From Methanocaldococcus jannaschii DSM 2661 (GTDB taxonomy: Archaea; AGJL01; Methanococci; Methanococcales; Methanocaldococcaceae): DNA of 24,662 bases. Shown in pieces: positions 17,716 through 24,662 of the stretch; the first letter of the stretch is position 1; every line of letters starts with the position of its first letter. Both the position numbers and the translations under genes were made by a program. The notes below the pieces were generated by a model. The model did no database searches and was not told the DNA's origin. It worked only from the letters and a program-made list of their open reading frames with translations. Where the stretch lies: the NCBI RefSeq assembly GCF_000091665.1, contig NC_000909.1:706049-730710 (forward strand). The letters are read 5' to 3'.

Positions 17716-18963
17716 GTGAAGTTAATGGTAAAGATTGCATTATTAACATGTGGTGCTGAATGGAGCGGAGTTTATCACGAAATTGAAAAAGCGGCACAAA
17801 AAGTTGGTGGAGAACTCATTTTTCCAGAGGTTGATTTATCATATATTGATGAAGTTGAGGATAGATTAGGGTTTAAAGTTGGCTCAGCAAACTTAAAATT
17901 GATGTTTGCAAGGGCAATGTCAATTATTGAAGGAAATACAGACGCTGAGGCAGTGTTTATAGCTACATGTTTTAGATGTGCTGAAGGAGCTTTGGTAAGA
18001 AATGAAGTTAGAAAGCTTATACAACAAAACACAAATCTGCCAGTAGTTATGTATTCATTCACAGAGAGAACAAAAGCATCTGAGTTATTAACAAGAATGG
18101 AGGCATTAACCACAATTGTTGAAAGAAAATCTTTATTGGCAAGAAAAAAGCAGGAGGGAATAAGCTTAGGTATTGACAGCGGTTCTACAACAACAAAGGC
18201 AGTTGTTATGATAGATGATGAAGTTGCTGGAACTGGATGGATATATACAAAGGATGTTATTGAATCTGCTAAAGAAGCAGTTAATAATGCTTTAAAAGAA
18301 GCTGGCATATCATTAGACCAAGTTGAAACCATTGGAACTACTGGGTATGGTAGATATACAGTTGGAGAATACTTTAAAGCTGATTTAATCCAAGAGGAGC
18401 TAACAGTCAATTCAAAAGGAGCAGCATATTTAGCTGATAAGCAAGAAGGAGAAGCAACAGTTATAGATATTGGGGGGATGGACAACAAAGCTATATCTCT
18501 ATACGATGCCATTCCAGATGGATTTACAATGGGAGGAATCTGTGCTGGGGCAAGTGGTAGGTTCTTTGAGATTACTGCAAGGAGATTGGGGGTTTCTTTA
18601 CAAGAGCTTGGAGAATTGGCAGCTAAGGGAGATTGGAGAAAGATAAAGATGAACAGCTACTGTATAGTCTTTGGTATTCAGGATTTAGTTACTGCATTAG
18701 CTGAAGGAGCTAAGGCTGAAGATGTTGCTGCAGCAGCAGCTCACTCAGTAGCTGAACAAGTGTTTGAGCAACAATTACAAGAGGTTGATGTTAGAGACCC
18801 AGTTATATTGGTTGGAGGAAGTAGTTTGTTGAAAGGTTTAGTTATAGCTATGGAAGAAGTTTTAGGAAGAAAGATTATTGTCCCAAGATACTCCCAGTTA
18901 ATTGGAGCTGTTGGAGCAGCTTTATTATCATCTGGATATAGATACAAGAAGATGAAGGCATAA
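17716..18963 (+). CDS. acyl-CoA dehydratase activase-related ATPase, methanogenesis marker protein 15
   Basis: [46 protein letters not shown]; likely real start ATG 17725 with SD GGGTGA. Confidence 0.85.
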   Translation: MKLMVKIALLTCGAEWSGVYHEIEKAAQKVGGELIFPEVDLSYIDEVEDRLGFKVGSANLKLMFARAMSIIEGNTDAEAVFIATCFRCAEGALVRNEVRKLIQQNTNLPVVMYSFTERTKASELLTRMEALTTIVERKSLLARKKQEGISLGIDSGSTTTKAVVMIDDEVAGTGWIYTKDVIESAKEAVNNALKEAGISLDQVETIGTTGYGRYTVGEYFKADLIQEELTVNSKGAAYLADKQEGEATVIDIGGMDNKAISLYDAIPDGFTMGGICAGASGRFFEITARRLGVSLQELGELAAKGDWRKIKMNSYCIVFGIQDLVTALAEGAKAEDVAAAAAHSVAEQVFEQQLQEVDVRDPVILVGGSSLLKGLVIAMEEVLGRKIIVPRYSQLIGAVGAALLSSGYRYKKMKA

Positions 18964-18987
18964 TTTTTTTAAATTTTTGGTGGAATT

Positions 18988-20127
18988 ATGAAATTTTTTG
19001 ATAGAGAGAGGGAGATTAATGAAATTCTCCATATTTTAAATAGAGAGCCAGATGATATTTATTTTATCTATGGCCCTTTAAATAGTGGTAAAACTGCCTT
19101 AATAAAACACATCATTGAAAACAAACTAAGTGATGATTATAAGGTTTTTTATATTAATTTTAGGACTTATTTAATTTCAGAAAAGAGGGAATTTATTGAA
19201 GCTATCTTTACCACTAAAAAAGATGATTTCTTTGAGAAGATTAAGGATAAGGATGAGGTTTTGAATCTAATAACCAAGGGTGTTAGGATTTTAACTGGAA
19301 TTCCAATACCAGAGGTAGAGTTTGATAAACTATTTGAGGAGAAGATAAACGATGCCTTCCAATACTTAAACAGCTTATTGTTAGAGGTTAAAAAGAGTGG
19401 GAAAAAGCCAATATTAATTTTTGATGAACTTCAGATGATTAAAGATGTTGTATTGAACACTGAAAATCAAAGATTTTCAGCGTTTCCTTCGCTTCGCTTC
19501 GGAAATGGGCAGAAGTATTTATTAAAAGAGTTGTTTCAGTTTTTAGTCTCTCTAACTAAAGAACAACATCTATGCCATGTTTTTTGTCTAAGTTCAGATA
19601 GCTTATTTATTGAATACGTTTATAGCACTGGAGAGTTAGAGGGAAGGGCAAAATATCTATTAGTGGATGATTTTGACAAGGAAACTGCCTTAAAGTTTAT
19701 GGATTTCTTAGCAGTGGAGAATAATATTAACCTAACTAACGAAGATAAAGAGCTTATCTATAGCTATGTTGGTGGAAAGCCAAAAGACATAAAATACGTT
19801 GTTGAAGAAAGCAAATTTAAGGATTTAAGAGAGATTTTAGAGTTTATGCTAAAAGATGCAGTTCAAAAATTGGACATGTTTTTGGACATGCTGAATTATT
19901 CAAAACCAAAGGTAGATGTTGGTGATGAAGTTATAGAGATTAAAAAAGATAATGTTATTGAAGCTTTAAAGTTATTTAAGGATGAGTATGAGGTTAGTAA
20001 AAAACATATCCCGGTGCCAGTTTATACTTATCTGATTAAAAGGAATATCTTATTTTTAAATCCCATTGAAGGGATTTTAAAACCTCAAAGTTATTTAGTT
20101 TGGAATGCTATAAAAAGGTTATTATGA
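18988..20127 (+). CDS. archaeal AAA-type ATPase (MJ ATPase paralogue family)
   Basis: [11 protein letters not shown] Walker [12 protein letters not shown] Walker [20 protein letters not shown] family motif. Confidence 0.9.
   Translation: MKFFDREREINEILHILNREPDDIYFIYGPLNSGKTALIKHIIENKLSDDYKVFYINFRTYLISEKREFIEAIFTTKKDDFFEKIKDKDEVLNLITKGVRILTGIPIPEVEFDKLFEEKINDAFQYLNSLLLEVKKSGKKPILIFDELQMIKDVVLNTENQRFSAFPSLRFGNGQKYLLKELFQFLVSLTKEQHLCHVFCLSSDSLFIEYVYSTGELEGRAKYLLVDDFDKETALKFMDFLAVENNINLTNEDKELIYSYVGGKPKDIKYVVEESKFKDLREILEFMLKDAVQKLDMFLDMLNYSKPKVDVGDEVIEIKKDNVIEALKLFKDEYEVSKKHIPVPVYTYLIKRNILFLNPIEGILKPQSYLVWNAIKRLL
19460..19507. repeat. two adjacent palindromes inside the ATPase ORF
   Basis: CTGAAAATC-AAA-GATTTTCAG (19460-19480), then CGTTTCC-TTCGCTTCGCTTC-GGAAATG (19481-19507). 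Confidence 0.75.
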
Positions 20128-20324
20128 TTAAAAATTGGACATTAATTGGGGCTGAAAGCCCCCAACTTATAACCAATTATCAAAGTTTTTAAATTAATAT
20201 GGCACTTATAGAACCCTTTGGGCTTCTAAATGTTCCTTAATAGATGATTTAGCTTTGATAATTGGTTAATGGACGGGAGGTATACCAATAGGAGGTTTCC
20301 TCCTATGGTTGCGAATGCTATAAA
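20128..20324. other. structured intergenic segment bounded by repeats of GAATGCTATAAA (20103-20114 and 20313-20324)
   Basis: 16-bp perfect inverted repeat TAACCAATTATCAAAG 20170-20185 / CTTTGATAATTGGTTA 20253-20268; stems GGGGCT-GAA-AGCCCC 20147-20161 and ATAGGAGG-TTT-CCTCCTAT 20288-20306. Confidence 0.65.
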
Positions 20325-20348
20325 GAGAGTGTTATAATTGGTGATAAC

Positions 20349-20915
20349 ATGGCTGAAATAGTTGTCCATTGTGAAGATAAAGCCGGGAAGGAGATTTATA
20401 CAAAGGTCATACAAACAGCGTTGGAAGATTTGCTTTTAGGAAAATCAATAATTAGGGTTGAATTTATTGCTAAAGAGAAAGAACCTTATTTTATATTAGG
20501 GGTTTTACCAAAACATACAAGAAGAGCTATTAAGTTGAGAGATTTTGCTGAAATTGTAGAGCAAAAAAAAGAAGGTGGTAAAATAATATACAAGCTAAAA
20601 ATCACTGATGAGACATATCTCCCACATCTGTTAAAAAAGATACACGTCATAGACCAGCCATCAAGGTTTGAGGTTGTTACAGATTCAGATATTGATTTAG
20701 ATATGGAAGTTTATGATGCAGGTAAGGATTTCATAGATAAGGTTATGGATTTTATGGGTAGGGTGTTTCCAGAGGGTATGAGGATTAAAAATACCTATAT
20801 AGACAAAGCCATTGTTTGTATTGCTTCAGAAAGACCATTGAAGGATGAGGAGATAGAAGAGGCATTAAAATTAAAGGATAAGTTAGAGAAGATGAATACT
20901 GCTGGTTATTATTAA
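20349..20915 (+). CDS. probable methanogenesis marker protein 17
   Basis: 188 aa; VHCEDKAGKEIYTKVIQTALEDLLLG...; position near markers 2 and 15; family recalled, not searched. Confidence 0.7.
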   Translation: MAEIVVHCEDKAGKEIYTKVIQTALEDLLLGKSIIRVEFIAKEKEPYFILGVLPKHTRRAIKLRDFAEIVEQKKEGGKIIYKLKITDETYLPHLLKKIHVIDQPSRFEVVTDSDIDLDMEVYDAGKDFIDKVMDFMGRVFPEGMRIKNTYIDKAIVCIASERPLKDEEIEEALKLKDKLEKMNTAGYY

Positions 20916-20934
20916 GCACTGATAAGGGGAGTTT

Positions 20935-21453
20935 ATGAACTCCTATGGAGTAATTCTTATATCGTACGTTGGGTTAATCAAGCTTGCATTAGCTGGGATT
21001 TTGTGTTATGGGATTTATTTAGCAATAAAATCAGAAAAGAATTTAATAAAAGATGCTTTATTTGTCTATAAGGATAACAACTTTAACGTATTTGGGAAAA
21101 AATATGCTTTAATGATTTTTTTAGCTTTTGGGTTTCCTATATTTTTTATTGGAAGTTTTCTGTATTTATTCTGGGAAAAACTGCCAGAAGGTTTTAGATT
21201 TTCTTTAACATTTGCCATAACATTTTTCGTTTTGTTTATCTTTGGTTTGTTGTTTGTAAAATACAAAATCCGTGTTTGCAAGAATGGGATATATGTAGGA
21301 TTTAGATTTATAACATGGAAAGGTTTTGAAGGTTATAAGATAGAAAATAACAAAATCATACTCATTGGGAAGAAAGGAGTTACTTATCCAGTGCATTTAA
21401 AATATAGCAAAGAACTTGAGGATATAATAAAGAACTATTTAAAAAAGATTTAG
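20935..21453 (+). CDS. small membrane protein, DUF5673-like
   Basis: TM segments then YKIRVCKNGIYVGFRFITWKGFEGYKIENNKIILIG. Confidence 0.6.
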   Translation: MNSYGVILISYVGLIKLALAGILCYGIYLAIKSEKNLIKDALFVYKDNNFNVFGKKYALMIFLAFGFPIFFIGSFLYLFWEKLPEGFRFSLTFAITFFVLFIFGLLFVKYKIRVCKNGIYVGFRFITWKGFEGYKIENNKIILIGKKGVTYPVHLKYSKELEDIIKNYLKKI

Positions 21454-21480
21454 ATTGATAAAAACTAAAATGGGATTTGC

Positions 21481-22341
21481 ATGATAGTTTTAAGAAATGA
21501 GATTTGCGATAAATTGGAAAATATAGCTAAGATTTTAAAATTTGTTAGACATTGCATTGGCTGTGAAGGCATAAACTTAGAGATAGAAAATCCTCAACAT
21601 CATCCCTCAATAGAATTAACACAAAAATGCAATTTGAACTGTATATATTGCTACTCAAGGCTAAAAACTGTAAAAAGAGGAATTTATGGAAACTTAGAAG
21701 AGGCTGAGACAGTTACTATATCCCAATATGGAGAGCCGTTGTTGGATTTAGAAGGTGTTAAAAAAGCTATAGAGTTTTGTAAAGATTTGGGGCTTAGAGT
21801 TGATTTACAGACAAATGGAACTTTGTTAAATGAAGAGATTATTAAAGAGCTTAAAGATTTGGGATTAGACTTAATAATGATTAGTTTGAGCTCTTTTAGT
21901 AGAGAGAAGTATAAACTATTAACTGGAAAAGATTATTTTAATAGAGTTTTAAATAATATAAAAATTGCCTCAAAGTATTTACACACAATTGTTAGGTCTA
22001 TTTATATTCCAGGATTTAATGATAATGAGCTTTTAAATTTAGCTAAAGAACTCAACAACTACGCTGATGAGATTATGGTTCATCAACTCATCTCATACAA
22101 AGAGAATGAAAATCTCTTAAAAAATGCTGGAATAGATTTGAATAACTTGGGAAGAATTAGAGATTTACTGCTAATAGTTGATGAGATGCAAAAAAACGCT
22201 CCTAAAATTAATGTTACCATTAAAGGATGCCTATTGGTTCAATTAAAGGAAATGGATGGTTTTATATTAAACAATATAACCTATGATGTATTCTCGGAAG
22301 TTCCAGATATTAAAAGAGAACATAGGCCTTTACCATGGTGA
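21481..22341 (+). CDS. radical SAM protein
   Basis: CX3CX2C motif in QKCNLNCIYCYSR; SQYGEPLLDLEG, DLQTNGTLLNEE; extra N-terminal cysteines CIGC. Confidence 0.92.
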   Translation: MIVLRNEICDKLENIAKILKFVRHCIGCEGINLEIENPQHHPSIELTQKCNLNCIYCYSRLKTVKRGIYGNLEEAETVTISQYGEPLLDLEGVKKAIEFCKDLGLRVDLQTNGTLLNEEIIKELKDLGLDLIMISLSSFSREKYKLLTGKDYFNRVLNNIKIASKYLHTIVRSIYIPGFNDNELLNLAKELNNYADEIMVHQLISYKENENLLKNAGIDLNNLGRIRDLLLIVDEMQKNAPKINVTIKGCLLVQLKEMDGFILNNITYDVFSEVPDIKREHRPLPW

Positions 22342-22948
22342 TTTTATGGATTTTGAAGTTTATGATACTGAATATATGTCTATAATCTTTGTTAAGGATA
22401 GATTAGACTACACTGGAAAAGAGATAGAACCATTATGGGCATTTAAAACCTTTGACATTCAAAAAGATAGCATAGTTGTTTTTAGAGGTAGAATGGAAGT
22501 TACTACAGAGAATATGAAGGATTTAAAAGATATTAAGAGAGAGAAAGATATTAAAACCCCAATAAAATCAGAGGATGCCATAAATTTTGTTGTAGAGCAT
22601 TTTGATGTCATTGATTTAAAGACAATATATTTAAGGCAGAGATTACTGGTTTTTATAGCTAAGGAAGTGATTGAGAGCTATAATATAAAGCTAAAAAGAG
22701 ATGGGGATGATTTATACTTTGAGGACAAAAAATTATCTGTTTGTATTGCATGTAAAGGAACTGTTTCCGCAAAAATTCATTTGGGGATAAATGTCAAATC
22801 AAAAGGGGCTGAGCATGTTAAAATTATTGGATTGGAAGATTTAGGAATAAAAGATATAGATAAAGTTATGAGAGAAATAGCTATTAATTATGCCAAGGAG
22901 ATAGACAAGATTGAGAGAGATTTGAGAAAGACATTGCCGTTAATTTAA
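22283..22948 (+). CDS. DUF366-like archaeal protein
   Basis: DYTGKEIEPLWAFKTF, FRGRMEVT, IKSEDAINFVVEHFD, DLYFEDKKLSVCIA; real start probably ATG 22346 with SD GGTGAT. Confidence 0.7.
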   Translation: MMYSRKFQILKENIGLYHGDFMDFEVYDTEYMSIIFVKDRLDYTGKEIEPLWAFKTFDIQKDSIVVFRGRMEVTTENMKDLKDIKREKDIKTPIKSEDAINFVVEHFDVIDLKTIYLRQRLLVFIAKEVIESYNIKLKRDGDDLYFEDKKLSVCIACKGTVSAKIHLGINVKSKGAEHVKIIGLEDLGIKDIDKVMREIAINYAKEIDKIERDLRKTLPLI

Positions 22949-23988
22949 TATTCTGAAATCTCTGCTTTACTTAACTTTTCAAATCCATTCTTTTTAACTA
23001 AATATAAATCTTCTATTCTCACACCAAACTTGTCTTTTAAATATAAGCCCGGCTCAATGGTTACAACCATGCCCTCTTTTAAAATAATATCCTCATCATC
23101 TTTCAATTTGTTTGATAGCCTTGGCTCTTCATGAACCTCCAATCCAACGCCATGCCCCAAAGAGTGAATAAATAGCTCTTTATAATCATTGAAGAACTCT
23201 CTAACTATGTTATCAATTTGTTTAGCTGAAATTCCTTCCTTTAAATGCTCTTCAGCAACTTTTTTTGCTTCATAGACTAAGTTATAAATTTTTTTCATCT
23301 CTTCATCGTCTTTTAATAAAAACGTCCTTGTTATGTCTGAACAGTAGCCCTCATAAACTGCTCCAATATCAACTAATAAAATATCTGCAATCTTATCTTT
23401 TGTAGGTAAAGCGTGAGGGAATGAAGTTTTTTTACCAGAAACAACGATAGAATCAAATGCCGGCTTTATTGAACCATGTTTTTTCATAATATATTCAATC
23501 TCAGCAACCAACTCATACTCTGTTAGATTTTTAACTTCATCTAAATTATTTAAAACCCAATTTATAGCTTTATCACTAATCTCAGCAGCTTTTTTAATTA
23601 GTTTTATCTCCTCTTTATCTTTAATCATCCTCATCTCTTTGATTTTGTCAGAGATTATCTTATACTCTTTATCAATGTATTTTAAATAACCAATTGATAA
23701 TTCTTTTTCAACTCCATCGCATCCTTTAAATATCTCTTCCCAGCTTTTAAACTCTCTAATCTCTAAAAAATTAAAATGCTCTTCAGCATAATCTTTGTCA
23801 AGCTTTCCAACGTATAAATATGGCTGTTCTTCAAAAACTAAAACAGAAAAGCTCATAAAGTATTTACCTAAGAAGTAGTTTATATTCTCTTTCTTTAAAA
23901 TCACAGCCTTTTTTATACCTTCACTTTCCATATACTTTAAAAACCTCTCTATCCTATTGTTCATAATATCACCAATAGTTTTTTGCAA
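22945..23988 (-). CDS. pepQ: Xaa-Pro dipeptidase / M24 metallopeptidase
   Basis: LLVDIGAVYEGYCSDITRTF, HSLGHGVGLEVHEEP, GMVVTIEPGLY; real start probably ATG at 23964-23962 with SD GGTGAT. Confidence 0.88.
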   Translation of the reverse strand: MQKTIGDIMNNRIERFLKYMESEGIKKAVILKKENINYFLGKYFMSFSVLVFEEQPYLYVGKLDKDYAEEHFNFLEIREFKSWEEIFKGCDGVEKELSIGYLKYIDKEYKIISDKIKEMRMIKDKEEIKLIKKAAEISDKAINWVLNNLDEVKNLTEYELVAEIEYIMKKHGSIKPAFDSIVVSGKKTSFPHALPTKDKIADILLVDIGAVYEGYCSDITRTFLLKDDEEMKKIYNLVYEAKKVAEEHLKEGISAKQIDNIVREFFNDYKELFIHSLGHGVGLEVHEEPRLSNKLKDDEDIILKEGMVVTIEPGLYLKDKFGVRIEDLYLVKKNGFEKLSKAEISEY

Positions 23989-24082
23989 AACATTTGAAGT
24001 ACATAAGGAACTTATGAACGCCTTCCTTTGGGAAGGCGTTCAATTTTTCATTATGAATTTTAATAACTTTTGCAAAAAACTA
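23976..24082. promoter_or_regulatory. symmetrical divergent promoter region: 15-bp inverted repeats flanking a central 12-bp hairpin
   Basis: TAGTTTTTTGCAAAA 23976-23990 / TTTTGCAAAAAACTA 24068-24082; TGAACGCCTTCC-TTTG-GGAAGGCGTTCA 24015-24042. Confidence 0.6.
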
Positions 24083-24624
24083 AATTAAGGTTGATATTTA
24101 TGATTATTTATAAAGAAATAGCTAAGCTAAATAAAACATTTCCTTTATTGAATGAGGAAAAGATACTCTTAGGAACTGACGGAAGTGTAACAAACATCTT
24201 AGAAATTTTATTTGAAGGGGAGTGTAGAGTAGAGACAATTAACCAAAAAATTGTTGCTAACACAAACTATAGAGAGGTTATTCTCAAAGTCAATAATATA
24301 CCTTTAGTTTATGCAGTATCAAAAACACCATTTAAAAATATTGAGGAAGAGAACCTTAGAGAGGAGATAAAGAGAGATTTACTATCTGCAGATATTCCCA
24401 TAGGTAAAATTATAAGAAAACACAACTTAGAAACAAGGAGAGAGATTAAATATATAGGAATTGCTGAAATTGATGATTATTTAAAATCACTTTTAAAAAC
24501 AAATTATAGTAGATTACCAAAAAGAACATATAATATAATATATAAAAATAAAGTATTGATGGAAATTACTGAGATATTTGCCGTTAGAGGAAAGTTAGTA
24601 AAAAATACTTACAGTATAGATTAA
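24070..24624 (+). CDS. chorismate pyruvate-lyase-like (DUF98) protein
   Basis: LLSADIPIGKIIRKHNLETRREI and PKRTYNIIYKNKVLMEITEIF; likely real start ATG 24100. Confidence 0.75.
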   Translation: MQKTKLRLIFMIIYKEIAKLNKTFPLLNEEKILLGTDGSVTNILEILFEGECRVETINQKIVANTNYREVILKVNNIPLVYAVSKTPFKNIEEENLREEIKRDLLSADIPIGKIIRKHNLETRREIKYIGIAEIDDYLKSLLKTNYSRLPKRTYNIIYKNKVLMEITEIFAVRGKLVKNTYSID

Positions 24625-24627
24625 GAG

Positions 24628-24653
24628 GCATTGCTTCCTTACGGAAGCAATGC
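24628..24653 (+). terminator. 11-bp perfect hairpin GCATTGCTTCC-TTAC-GGAAGCAATGC followed by ATCCATTTT
   Basis: read directly, immediately after the stop codon of the last gene; could also be a dispersed repeat. Confidence 0.55.
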
Positions 24654-24662
24654 ATCCATTTT

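Noticed and set aside
17775-18947. Antisense ORFs of 245 and 68 aa in the marker 15-like gene
   Set aside because: Ser/Pro/Thr-rich shadow ORFs opposite a conserved activase-type gene.
20226-20414. 62-aa antisense ORF near the structured segment
   Set aside because: Overlaps the start of the marker 17-like gene and palindromic DNA; better explained as a shadow ORF.
24015-24042. Ordinary intrinsic terminator
   Set aside because: It lies between divergent genes, upstream of both, so it is not positioned to terminate either.
1-24662. CRISPR array, tRNA or rRNA genes, transposase-bearing IS element
   Set aside because: No regularly spaced direct repeats, no recognisable tRNA cloverleaf or rRNA, and no transposase-like ORF seen by eye. 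The palindromic elements noted do not encode proteins.

Overview
This window looks like a hyperthermophilic methanogen chromosome, M. jannaschii-like Methanocaldococcus. That assignment is from gene content and protein recognition; no search was run. Left part: cyclase-family gene, hmd ([Fe]-hydrogenase), hmdB radical SAM, a small membrane protein, an unknown hmd-cluster protein, hmdC/hcgG, a probable toxin/antitoxin-like pair whose first gene is frameshifted (partner is DUF2283-like), a membrane hydrolase and argH (- strand). Centre (about 9.3-15.7 kb), the main candidate for an undescribed system: an 89-aa hydrophobic Gly/Ala-rich peptide gene whose mRNA leader folds into a textbook kink-turn hairpin plus a hairpin hiding the Shine-Dalgarno. 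It is followed by an unknown multi-TM protein, a SpoIIM/DUF95 protein, a Yip1-like protein (3' end frameshifted), a large CARDB/NEW3-like surface protein, a DUF5673-like membrane protein and a MacB/LolD-type ABC ATPase, membrane protein and permease. The layout resembles circular-bacteriocin loci (precursor + SpoIIM/DUF95 + ABC exporter). Right part: TPR protein, methanogenesis-marker 2, 15 and 17-like genes, archaeal AAA-type ATPase, radical SAM, DUF366-like, pepQ and a chorismate lyase-like/DUF98 gene. I also found several palindromic or structured elements: a four-hairpin intergenic block, an in-ORF palindromic insertion, a ~210-nt structured segment flanked by duplicated gene-end sequence, a symmetrical divergent promoter and a repeated GCAATGCATCCATTTT element end. 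All coordinates and base pairings were read by eye.
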